From Alkalispirochaeta sp. (GTDB taxonomy: Bacteria; Spirochaetota; Spirochaetia; DSM-27196; Alkalispirochaetaceae), in the NCBI GenBank assembly GCA_965601925.1, contig OZ271854.1, positions 3,520,001 to 3,584,000 on the forward strand: a DNA stretch of 64,000 bases, given 5' to 3'. The notes under the pieces were generated by a model. The model saw only the letters and a list, made by a program, of their open reading frames with translations. It did not search any database and was not told where the DNA came from. Below are positions 1 through 8,891 of this stretch, one piece after another (position 1 is the first letter of the stretch; each line of letters opens with the position of its first letter). A program made the translations under genes and the position numbers.

Positions 1-182
1 CGCTTTTCGAGCGCCGCGTCCGGTGCGGCCTATCACCTGTACGGACACGCCTCAGAGCCGCCTACACACCGACACGCGCATACCGCCTGCATTAACGGTA
101 TGGCGGCGATCTCGGTCATCTCCCTCTCTACCGGCGCGTTGCACTATCTCCCCTATCCGGCATCCGCGCATCGTCACCGCTC

Positions 183-1217
183 GTGTCTTCTTCCCAAGCC
201 GGGATTGTGAGGAGATGCGCTGTGGTGTTCATACGTCACGGGCCGAGATTCCTGTTCCTCCGTTCGGCCGAGCCGGAAAAGCTCGCACGGGTGTGCAGAG
301 GCGCGTTTGATGCGGCGGCGTATTCGTTCGATGAGGCGTTGGCGCGATCGGACGAGGATACGACGTTGGTCTTTTTGACACCTCCCGGACTCACGAAGAC
401 GCGCGTTTCCGATGCGCTCACGATACTGTTGGCGCCCGTCGCCGCGTCGATCGTGTTGACGACACTCTTTCAACGCGGCGTTGCCGGTCTGTTGGAGAAC
501 GCCCATCTTGGCCCGGGGTCGATCATTCTCAGGGTCATCGGGGGCGGCGCCGGTGTCGTCGAGGAGTTGGCTGAGCGCTACGCCGGCGCCTGCGACGACT
601 TCGAAGGGTTGATAGAGGCGGGGGATGTCGACGATACGATCGTCGGCCTTACCAACGCACCGTTGAACCGAGTCCTGCCCCGAGATGCGATCATCGATCC
701 GCAATTACTCGTAAAACGCCCCTCCCATCGTCTCTATCCCGAGTTGCGCAACCGGGGAACGCTCTTTATTACCCATAGTCTCGACCGCAAGGAGTGGTAC
801 GAGTTTCGTGTGAATATCTACGACGCCGCGGAGCGCTACGAGGAACACTACCGTCGGATCATAGCGACCCTCACCGATCTGGAGGCGGGATTCGTACTAG
901 GAGAGTCGTGGACGCGGGACCACGCGTTGGTTCTTTTGTCCGTTCCGGCGTATCAACTGCGCCTCTTTTCACTCTTTGAGCCACGGGAGGTCAAACGTAT
1001 ACTCGTCGGGCTCGAGTACGACGAGAGGGGACGACGCCTCGTCGATATCGACGTGTATTATCGCAACCGTAAGATCTCTTACAACGACAAGGGGGTGCGC
1101 CGTTACGCCGGTGAAACGCGACTCGAGATTCGGCGAAGTCTCTTCGAGCGCCTTTCGGCCGAGGCTTCGGGTGAGATCAGAGGCCTGGAGCGCCGGCTTC
1201 GCGCATCGGACGAGTAG
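183..1217 (+). CDS. Hypothetical protein with CitX-like C-terminal motif
   Basis: 344-aa ORF with host-like codon usage; C-terminal EVKRILVGLEYDERGRRLVDIDVY resembles the CitX 'LE...GRLxDIDV' motif; start uncertain. Confidence 0.55.
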   Translation: MSSSQAGIVRRCAVVFIRHGPRFLFLRSAEPEKLARVCRGAFDAAAYSFDEALARSDEDTTLVFLTPPGLTKTRVSDALTILLAPVAASIVLTTLFQRGVAGLLENAHLGPGSIILRVIGGGAGVVEELAERYAGACDDFEGLIEAGDVDDTIVGLTNAPLNRVLPRDAIIDPQLLVKRPSHRLYPELRNRGTLFITHSLDRKEWYEFRVNIYDAAERYEEHYRRIIATLTDLEAGFVLGESWTRDHALVLLSVPAYQLRLFSLFEPREVKRILVGLEYDERGRRLVDIDVYYRNRKISYNDKGVRRYAGETRLEIRRSLFERLSAEASGEIRGLERRLRASDE

Positions 1218-1247
1218 CGGGGCGACTCGTTATGGGATATCCTCGGC

Positions 1248-2063
1248 GTGGAGGAACGTCGGTTTACTCGCACGCCGTCCCGATGGCCCGACGGATATAC
1301 GCTCTTGGACATACCTATACTTCTTATCCATGGATTGATCGGCACGTTGCGCGTCTCGCCCATTATAGACTCGTTCGGTGATTGCGACCTGTTCGCTCCC
1401 GACCTTCTCGGCTACGGCGCCTCGTCGTCACGTCTCGTCGACGATGTGACGCTCTCTCGACAAGCCGATCATGTGGCCGAATGGGTGCGGTCTCATACGG
1501 AATCGCCGGTACACGTCGTCGGCCATTCCGTCGGTGGCGCAGTCGGTGTGCTGTTTGCATCGAGATACCCGGAGCTTACCGCATCCATAACGAGTGTCGA
1601 GGGCAACTTCACACTCAGGGATGCGTTCTGGTCGGCAATGATCGCCCAAGCGGACATTACCGAGGTCGAGGGTATCCTCGAAGGATACAGGAAGGACGTC
1701 GGTGCGTGGCTCGCCGGCGCGGGTGTCGCGTGCAATTCGACAACGTTGGCCGTCGGGAGAGCGTGGTTGGCGCACCAATCCGCCGCAACACTCAGGGCGC
1801 AAGCGACCGCCGTAATCGACGAGACTTCAAAGCCGAGATATCTCGAGATGGTGAGGGAGCTGATGGTATCGGACCTACCGTTTCATCTGATAGCGGGTCA
1901 GGAATCGCGCGCCGCTTGGGACGTTCCCGCCTGGGCGGTCGCCTCGGCGACGAGCGTAACCGAGCTGTCGGGCATGGGGCATCTTATGATGCTGCAGGCA
2001 CCGGAGTTGTTCGGTGCGACCGTACGGCGCGTTGTGGGTACCGATTGTCAAGGTCGGCGATGA
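1248..2063 (+). CDS. Alpha/beta fold hydrolase
   Basis: LLIHG, PDLLGYG, nucleophile elbow GHSVGG, C-terminal GH. Confidence 0.85.
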   Translation: MEERRFTRTPSRWPDGYTLLDIPILLIHGLIGTLRVSPIIDSFGDCDLFAPDLLGYGASSSRLVDDVTLSRQADHVAEWVRSHTESPVHVVGHSVGGAVGVLFASRYPELTASITSVEGNFTLRDAFWSAMIAQADITEVEGILEGYRKDVGAWLAGAGVACNSTTLAVGRAWLAHQSAATLRAQATAVIDETSKPRYLEMVRELMVSDLPFHLIAGQESRAAWDVPAWAVASATSVTELSGMGHLMMLQAPELFGATVRRVVGTDCQGRR

Positions 2064-3403
2064 ACATCTCGGTTCCTACACCACGTCCGGTACGTCTTAC
2101 GCCGCTCGTAGATACGGCGAAACTTTACAAAGTTGCGCGACAGACCATATCGTACAAGGGTATGCCGTACGTTCGCCGGGTTTGGTCACTGCCGTTCATG
2201 TCTCACGGTTTCCCGTGGTTAATCTCACCGGCGATGATCGTACTGTCCGCGTACCAATTTCGTCTCGACAGTGGTAGCGCACCCGTCGAGGGGTGGCAGA
2301 CCGATTTTTTTGTCTTGTGGACGTTGTTTGCCGCACTGTCGATCGCGCTGTTGTTCGCCACGAGTCGTCGGGCCGTTCTCGGTGTGATGGTGGCCAAGGT
2401 CGGGCTCTTCTTCCTTTTGACGATTCCCGCCCGGCAGTCGGCCGGAGTCCACGCGGCGTTACTTACCTCCCTTCTTCTTGAGGCGAGCCTCTGTATGTCG
2501 ACCGTCGGTGCGGTCGTCGTCCTTGCGACTCTTGGTGTTTTGACGCCCGTCGTGTACGGCTTTTTCAATGTCTTGCCGGCTAAGATTGAGGTGTTGCTTG
2601 CCGGTGAAACGACCGTCCTCTCGGCGGTTCCCTTCATCGTGTTCCTGTTGTCTCTCTCGCGCTCGTCGGCGCTCAGCGGCCGTACGGCGGCGCGTCGCGA
2701 AGCGGACGTCCTGGACCGATCCGTCAGGCAGCTCACCACCGCAAACGCCGGCTTCCTCCAATACGCCTCAACCGTGGAGCACGCAACGGTCTCCAAGGAG
2801 CGTCGCCGGCTGTCACGCGATCTTCACGACGTCGTGGGGCAGACCTTTACGAACATCACCTCGATGATGGATGCGGTCTTGCGCACCCCCATTGTGGATG
2901 GGGAGGAGTTGCGTAAACTCCACCAGTGGATACGCGACCACGCCCAGTGGGGGCTTCAAGAGAGTCGTCGGGCGCTCTATCGTCTCCGTTCGATGAAAGA
3001 ACTGGAAAGCGGCGGGAGCTCGGCGTTGCGAAAACTCTTCGAGACCTTCGAGTACGCCACAAAAGTGAAGGTGACCGTCGAGTGGCGCAACCTGCCGTGG
3101 AACCTACCCGACGAGACCGATATGACGGTTTACCGCACCGTTCAGGAGTCGATGGTCAACTCCTTCCACCATGGGAAGGCGACCGAGATCGAGATTTCGT
3201 TTTGGTCGACCGGACGTGCGATACAACTCTCGGTTAGGGACAACGGCACGGGAGGACCCGTCGATCACGCCGGGATCGGGCAGGCGGGAATGTGTGAACG
3301 CGTCGAGGCGTTGGGAGGTCGTGTGGAGTTCGAGAACGGAGCGCCCGGCTATCTGGTACGAGCCGTGATTCCCATCTCCTCCGAAGGGAGCTCTACGTCA
3401 TGA
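2060..3403 (+). CDS. Membrane sensor histidine kinase (HisKA_3/NarX-like)
   Basis: TM helices, ERRRLSRDLHD H-box, QESMVNSFHHG N-box, DNGTG, GIGQAGM; start placed at the ATGA overlap with the upstream stop. Confidence 0.88.
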   Translation: MNISVPTPRPVRLTPLVDTAKLYKVARQTISYKGMPYVRRVWSLPFMSHGFPWLISPAMIVLSAYQFRLDSGSAPVEGWQTDFFVLWTLFAALSIALLFATSRRAVLGVMVAKVGLFFLLTIPARQSAGVHAALLTSLLLEASLCMSTVGAVVVLATLGVLTPVVYGFFNVLPAKIEVLLAGETTVLSAVPFIVFLLSLSRSSALSGRTAARREADVLDRSVRQLTTANAGFLQYASTVEHATVSKERRRLSRDLHDVVGQTFTNITSMMDAVLRTPIVDGEELRKLHQWIRDHAQWGLQESRRALYRLRSMKELESGGSSALRKLFETFEYATKVKVTVEWRNLPWNLPDETDMTVYRTVQESMVNSFHHGKATEIEISFWSTGRAIQLSVRDNGTGGPVDHAGIGQAGMCERVEALGGRVEFENGAPGYLVRAVIPISSEGSSTS

Positions 3404-4101
3404 GGCCGCGATCGATCCTTATCGCCGATGATCAGAAGCTCTTTGCCCAGAGTCTCAAGCGCGTCTTGGAGTCGGATCCGCGCGCAACCGCCTCGGTCTT
3501 CGTCGCGTCAAGCGGTGAGGAGGCGGTGGAACTCCACCGAACGCTCCGTCCCGATGTCGTACTGTTGGACGTATCTATGCCCGACCTCAACGGCGTGGAG
3601 GCGCTGAGAGCGATACGAGCCGACGATCCCGAGGCGGTCGTCGTGATGCTTACCGCATTCGGGTACGACGAGTACGTTCACGCGGCGATGGCCGCCGGCG
3701 CAAAAGGGTACGTTCTCAAGGACATCACCCCCGATGAGCTGCAGAACGTCATTCGTACCGTGGCCGGGGGCGGCATTGTGCTCTCTCCGGAGGTGACCGG
3801 TGGTGCGTTCAAGGGCGACTCGTCATCGGGAACCGCAGGAGCGACCGGCGGCCGCGAATGGTTTTACCGCCTCACCGACAAGGAACGCGACCTTCTGCGT
3901 CTCATCGCACGGGGATTCAGTAATGGCGAAATCGGCGATACCCTTCACTTGGGGCCGCAGACGGTGCGCAACTACACCAGCGCCCTCTACGCCAAGATCG
4001 GCGCCAGGGATCGATTCGAGGCGATCCGTCTCGCTATCGAAACGGGCTTTGATCACCACGTTGAAAGTACAAATGTAACCGACCCAAAAGTACACCCGTA
4101 A
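3400..4101 (+). CDS. NarL/LuxR family response regulator
   Basis: ILIADD, VLLDVSMP, GAKGYVLK, LuxR HTH (LTDKERDLLRLIARGFSNGEI). Confidence 0.93.
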   Translation: MRPRSILIADDQKLFAQSLKRVLESDPRATASVFVASSGEEAVELHRTLRPDVVLLDVSMPDLNGVEALRAIRADDPEAVVVMLTAFGYDEYVHAAMAAGAKGYVLKDITPDELQNVIRTVAGGGIVLSPEVTGGAFKGDSSSGTAGATGGREWFYRLTDKERDLLRLIARGFSNGEIGDTLHLGPQTVRNYTSALYAKIGARDRFEAIRLAIETGFDHHVESTNVTDPKVHP

Positions 4102-4138
4102 CTGGTGCGCTCGGTGGGGTCGCCGTACAATCGTTGCC

Positions 4139-5731
4139 ATGGACGCCCCGGGTCGCCGCCCCAATATTCTTCTTGTCGTCGCCGATCAACACCGCGCCGA
4201 CGCCCTCGGTGCCTACGGCAATCGCCGGATTCTGACACCCAATCTGGACTCCCTGTCCGCCGACGGGGTGGTATACGAAAACGCCTTCTGTCCGGCCGCG
4301 ATCTGCACGCCGTCACGCTATTCTCTCTTTACCGGACTCTATCCGCATCAACATCTCGGCTTGAGCAATCGCTCGACGCCGCACCCCTCGGCGCCCTCAT
4401 TTCCGGCGGTCCTCCGCGACCACGGCTACCGATGTACCACCGTCGGTAAGATGCACTGTACCCCCACGCACCTCGATCTCGGTTTTTCCGCGATGCACCT
4501 CGCCGAGCAGGACGGTGTGGGTCGCTTTGACGACGAATATCACGGCGATCTCATGAAACGACGATCGGTGGACTACACCGATATGCAGGACCAGGTCGCC
4601 CTCTACCGTGATCTGGCATCCCCGGAGTACCATGAGACGTTCGGCGCCGTCGCCTCCGAACTCGCCGAAGAGGAGTATTCTACGGGGTGGATCGCGCGAC
4701 GTGCCGAGGAGGTCCTTGACGGGTGGACCGCCGAGGGTAACTTCACCGTCGTCAGCTTCATCAAGCCGCATCACCCCTTCGATCCGCCGGAGGAGTGGAT
4801 TCGCCGGTACGACGGAATCGACGTGGAGCCGCTTCCGGGATGGCTCGATGAGTGTCTGGAACGGGATCTAAAGAAACACGAGGGCTACTTTCCCCATACC
4901 GCCCTCAGCCGCGACGCCGTTCGTCGGGTGACGACCTATTACTACGCCCTCGTGACCCAAATCGATCACTACGTGGGCCGCTTCGTCGACGTGTTGCAAC
5001 GTAACGGCATGTACGACGACGCGATCGTTATCTACTGCAGCGACCACGGCGAGTATCTCGGGTACCACCACCTCTTGTTGAAGAACAACCACCTCTACGA
5101 GCCGCTGGTACGAGTGCCGCTGATCGTCAAACAGCCCGGCCGGGCGCGCGCCGGAGAGAGGACCCGCGCGCTCTTCAGCCTCATCGATATAGCGCCGACG
5201 CTTCTCGGCGCCGCCGGTCTCTCGTCGGCGATGTTGGGTTCGCCGGCGATCGAGCGCGACGAGGGGAGCGGACCGATACCGATCGATGATCCGTACCGCC
5301 GCAAGCTCGCCGAGCGTATGGGGTGGAAGAATCTCTTCGAGATTGAGACGGGACGTGAGGTCGTCTTTTGCGAGGACTTCGGCGGGGGAGAGTACATGGC
5401 ACACAACGGCGATCACAAGCTGTTGCTCACACCGGACGGCGAGACGTCCATGCTCTTCGACCTCGCGGATGATCCCTTTGAGATAGAGAATCGTATCGAC
5501 GATCCGCGGTACCGCGAGGTGACGCGGCGCCTGAACGACGCGTTAATGAGGTGGCGGCTCTTTGACGCTCCGCCGCAGCACTACGTCGACGAGAGTGCAC
5601 CGAGCGTAGAGTCGGAGCGCGATCGTAACCGTGCGGCGCGACAAGAGCGACGCGCCTTCTTCGATTCGGCCTTTCGTTCCGAAAACGCTTTGAACGATAA
5701 TCCCGCGGCGCGGGACGGACAAACCACATAG
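4139..5731 (+). CDS. Cys-type sulfatase (arylsulfatase/choline-sulfatase family)
   Basis: PNILLVVADQHR, CTPSR signature, GKMH, PHHPF, SDHGE. Confidence 0.93.
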   Translation: MDAPGRRPNILLVVADQHRADALGAYGNRRILTPNLDSLSADGVVYENAFCPAAICTPSRYSLFTGLYPHQHLGLSNRSTPHPSAPSFPAVLRDHGYRCTTVGKMHCTPTHLDLGFSAMHLAEQDGVGRFDDEYHGDLMKRRSVDYTDMQDQVALYRDLASPEYHETFGAVASELAEEEYSTGWIARRAEEVLDGWTAEGNFTVVSFIKPHHPFDPPEEWIRRYDGIDVEPLPGWLDECLERDLKKHEGYFPHTALSRDAVRRVTTYYYALVTQIDHYVGRFVDVLQRNGMYDDAIVIYCSDHGEYLGYHHLLLKNNHLYEPLVRVPLIVKQPGRARAGERTRALFSLIDIAPTLLGAAGLSSAMLGSPAIERDEGSGPIPIDDPYRRKLAERMGWKNLFEIETGREVVFCEDFGGGEYMAHNGDHKLLLTPDGETSMLFDLADDPFEIENRIDDPRYREVTRRLNDALMRWRLFDAPPQHYVDESAPSVESERDRNRAARQERRAFFDSAFRSENALNDNPAARDGQTT

Positions 5732-5740
5732 GAGGAGATC

Positions 5741-7018
5741 ATGAAACGTGTATGGGTGTGTATAGCGATGGTATCGCTGGTAGTCGCCGGCGTATGGGGC
5801 GCCGGTGATCAAGAGGCGGACGCGTCGGAGGCGGGGGAGGTATTGAGCATTCTTACCTTCAAAGCGGCCCCCCATGAGCGAGCGGCGCTGGAAGATGTGA
5901 TCGTCGCCTTTGAGGCGGCCAATCCCGGTATAACCGTGGAGCTCGAGGCCGTGTCGCACTCCGGCGGCTACGACCAGGTCCTCGACACGCGCCTGATTTC
6001 GGGCGAGATGGCCGATATCTACATGGAGGTGACGCACCGTTTGCGTCGTATCATCGAGGCGGGATACGCCGCACCGATTACCGACGCCGAGTTCATCGAC
6101 GATTTTCAGGACGATGTGATCGACCTGGCGAGCGCCGACGGAGAGGTGTACGCCATTCCCACCGAGGTGACCTCGGTCGGTATGTGGTACAACCGGCGTG
6201 TTCTCGCCGACAACGGCGTGGCGTTTCCCGAGACGTGGGAAGAGTTCGTTGCCGTCTCCGAGGAGCTCTTGGCCGCGGGATACGAGCCGATCGTGCTCGC
6301 CAATGAGCAGGGAGTTTCGGCGCAGTTTTTGACCTCACCGCTGGCCCGAGACCTTATGTACTCCAACCACGACGCCGCGTCGTTCATTCAAGAGGTCAAC
6401 GAAGGTGATGCCGGTTTCTCCGAGGTGTATCTTCCGGCGTTTGAACGCTTGGCCGATATGACCGAGTCGGGCTACTACGATCCGGTCGATTCCTTAGGGT
6501 GGTTCATCGCCGAGGAAGGTATTGCCCAGTTTGCCCAAGGACGGGCGGCCTTCTATCCCGGCGGAAATTGGTTTACCGCCCTCTTTGACGATGCCGATCC
6601 CGACGGCGACATCGTCATGGGGCCCACACCGATAACCCTGGACACCGCCAAGGCGGCGGTACAGCCCCAAAGCTATCTCCTGATGTACTCAGAGGCCGAT
6701 AATCGGGAGGCGGCGCTCGCGTTCATGTCCTTCATCTCACGACCGGAGATAATGAATAGTTACGTCGCCGCGTTGGACGGCTTCTCGCCCTTGCGGGCCG
6801 AGTTCGTACCGGATAATCCGCGCCTGGCGCCGATCGGCGCGGCGATCGCGGAGGGTCGCACGGTTCCGTGGTATATACCCAACGGCCTGGCGATCGGCGG
6901 CGAGGTGGGCGTCGTACGACAGGTGCTGCAGGAACTCATACTCGGCAACGTAACATCCGGCGAGGCGGCGGAGAGACTCGACGCGGAGATTGAGCGACAG
7001 ATCACGCTATCCCGGTAG
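5741..7018 (+). CDS. Carbohydrate ABC transporter substrate-binding protein
   Basis: Signal peptide, FEAANPGITVE, YAIP, PETWEEF; GGAG RBS; followed by two permeases. Confidence 0.9.
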   Translation: MKRVWVCIAMVSLVVAGVWGAGDQEADASEAGEVLSILTFKAAPHERAALEDVIVAFEAANPGITVELEAVSHSGGYDQVLDTRLISGEMADIYMEVTHRLRRIIEAGYAAPITDAEFIDDFQDDVIDLASADGEVYAIPTEVTSVGMWYNRRVLADNGVAFPETWEEFVAVSEELLAAGYEPIVLANEQGVSAQFLTSPLARDLMYSNHDAASFIQEVNEGDAGFSEVYLPAFERLADMTESGYYDPVDSLGWFIAEEGIAQFAQGRAAFYPGGNWFTALFDDADPDGDIVMGPTPITLDTAKAAVQPQSYLLMYSEADNREAALAFMSFISRPEIMNSYVAALDGFSPLRAEFVPDNPRLAPIGAAIAEGRTVPWYIPNGLAIGGEVGVVRQVLQELILGNVTSGEAAERLDAEIERQITLSR

Positions 7019-7042
7019 GCGGATGCGACACCGGGCCGATCC

Positions 7043-7072
7043 GCCCGTCCGCGACTCGATTCGCGGGCGGGC
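7043..7072 (+). other. GC-rich stem-loop after the substrate-binding protein gene (mRNA stabiliser/attenuator)
   Basis: gcccgtccgcga-ctcgat-tcgcgggcgggc inverted repeat in the intergenic region. Confidence 0.5.
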
Positions 7073-7098
7073 TCTTCCGTTATAGGGGATACGCCGTT

Positions 7099-8034
7099 AT
7101 GCGTAACACGCTCCAGCTATCGACATCGCCCCGGCAGACCGGCGCCAAAATCGCGTTTCTCAGGGACAAACGCTTTTATATGTATTTCTGGTTGGTGGTG
7201 CCGGTACTCGTAATCTATATCACGTTTTTCGTCGTGCCGGTCGTCTTGACGGTGATGTTCAGCTTTACCAACTTCAACGGCCTCAACCTTAACGCCTTTC
7301 GGTACGTGGGGTTGCGCAACTATCGCGCCATGTTTCAGGATCCGGCGCTGCGTGCCAGTGCGTGGCATACCGTTTCGTTCGCCGTCGGTGTCGTGGTGTT
7401 ACAAAACGGGATCGCGGTGCTCGTCGCCGTGGCGCTCAATGCGGCGCTCAAGACGAGAAACGTCCTGCGCTCCCTCATTTTTATGCCGTGTATGTTCTCG
7501 CCCATCATCGTCGGATACCTCTGGTCGTACATCTATGCGCGCGACGGACTCCTTAACTACCTCCTGTCGGTTCTCAGAATCGGCTCCCTCGGTCGCTCGT
7601 GGTTAGGTGACCCTCGCTTCGCCCTTACCGCGGTCGTTATCGCCCACGTCTGGATTTGGATCGGCTACTCGGCGGCTATTTTTCTGGCAAATCTCCAAAG
7701 TATCCCGCAGGAAGTCACCGAGAGCACGGTACTGGAGGGGGTTACGCCGCTTCAACGTTTCGTCCACGTCACGTTTCCCTTACTGGCGCCGGCGACGACG
7801 GTGAACGTCTCTCTCGCCTTTTCCGGGAGTTTGCAGGTCTTCGATATCGTCTGGGCGATGACCGGCGGCGGACCCGGCTACGCTACCGAGACGATCGGCA
7901 CCTATATGGTAAAACAGATGAATAACAACCTCTTCGGTTACGCAGCATCCAATTCGGTGTTGCTTCTGATCTTTATTCTCACGGCTACGTTTTTCATCTA
8001 CCGCTATCTCAAGAGCAGGGAGGTCGAGGTATGA
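7099..8034 (+). CDS. Carbohydrate ABC transporter permease (MalF/UgpA-like)
   Basis: YVGLRNY, LQSIPQEVTESTVLEG EAA loop, MTGGGPG. Confidence 0.92.
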   Translation: MRNTLQLSTSPRQTGAKIAFLRDKRFYMYFWLVVPVLVIYITFFVVPVVLTVMFSFTNFNGLNLNAFRYVGLRNYRAMFQDPALRASAWHTVSFAVGVVVLQNGIAVLVAVALNAALKTRNVLRSLIFMPCMFSPIIVGYLWSYIYARDGLLNYLLSVLRIGSLGRSWLGDPRFALTAVVIAHVWIWIGYSAAIFLANLQSIPQEVTESTVLEGVTPLQRFVHVTFPLLAPATTVNVSLAFSGSLQVFDIVWAMTGGGPGYATETIGTYMVKQMNNNLFGYAASNSVLLLIFILTATFFIYRYLKSREVEV

Positions 8035-8888
8035 GGCGACGGCCAACCGACGGCGTAGCCGTTGCAACGCGCCGGCCGATCGGACTGGAGATCGTTATGA
8101 TTCTCTTTACCGCGGCGATGATGGTGCCGGTAGCCCTCATGCTTTTGATATCGGTGAAGACCAACGCGGAGGCGGTTGCGACGCCCTTCGGGATTCCCAC
8201 CACGGTACACTGGCAGAACTACGTCGAAGCGTTTCGGAGCATGCGCTACCTCCAGACGCTGTGGAATACGCTCTTCATCACGACGATTTCCGTCGCCCTA
8301 GGTGTCGTACTCTACAGCATGGCGGCCTACGCGCTGGTACGGGCACGGCGCGGCCGCGTCGTCTTCGTCTTCTGTTTTTCTCTACTGGCGATCAGTCTTG
8401 CGATGCCGCCGCAAATGACGATTGTTCCTCTCACGCTCCTGTTACGGAGTCTCGGCCTCCACGGTATGCGCATCGGCGTGGCGTTGGTGTTCGTGGCGGT
8501 CAACGCCGGTTTCGGCGTCTTTGTGCTCCACTCGTTCGTCAACACCGTGCCCGCAGCGATCGAGGAGTCGGCATTGATCGACGGATACGGCCCCTTCGCC
8601 ATCTTTTGGAAAATCATGTTACCCCTCATGCGCGCCCCGTTGGTGACCCTCATCGTTCTGGTTACCGTGCGGGTCTGGAATAACTTCATCTATCCGTTGA
8701 TTCTCCTCCAGGGGCCGGAGTCGCGGACCCTCCCGGTGGCGGTCTTCTACTTTCGCGGGAGCACGATCGTCCGCTGGAACCTCCTATTTGCCGGATTGGT
8801 GTTGGCGGTCGTCCCGGTGGTGCTCTTTTACCTACGTATGCAACGGCTGATCATTTCCGGCATGACCCACGGCGCGCTCAAAGGATAA
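8031..8888 (+). CDS. Carbohydrate ABC transporter permease (MalG/UgpE-like)
   Basis: VPAAIEESALIDG EAA loop, WNNFIYPL, GALKG terminus. Confidence 0.92.
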   Translation: MRRRPTDGVAVATRRPIGLEIVMILFTAAMMVPVALMLLISVKTNAEAVATPFGIPTTVHWQNYVEAFRSMRYLQTLWNTLFITTISVALGVVLYSMAAYALVRARRGRVVFVFCFSLLAISLAMPPQMTIVPLTLLLRSLGLHGMRIGVALVFVAVNAGFGVFVLHSFVNTVPAAIEESALIDGYGPFAIFWKIMLPLMRAPLVTLIVLVTVRVWNNFIYPLILLQGPESRTLPVAVFYFRGSTIVRWNLLFAGLVLAVVPVVLFYLRMQRLIISGMTHGALKG

Positions 8889-8891
8889 GCA

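Noticed and set aside
1382..2059. N-terminal 226 aa of the 673-aa kinase ORF
   Set aside because: Overlaps the alpha/beta hydrolase in another frame and is Arg-rich junk; the ATGA-coupled start at 2060 is more plausible
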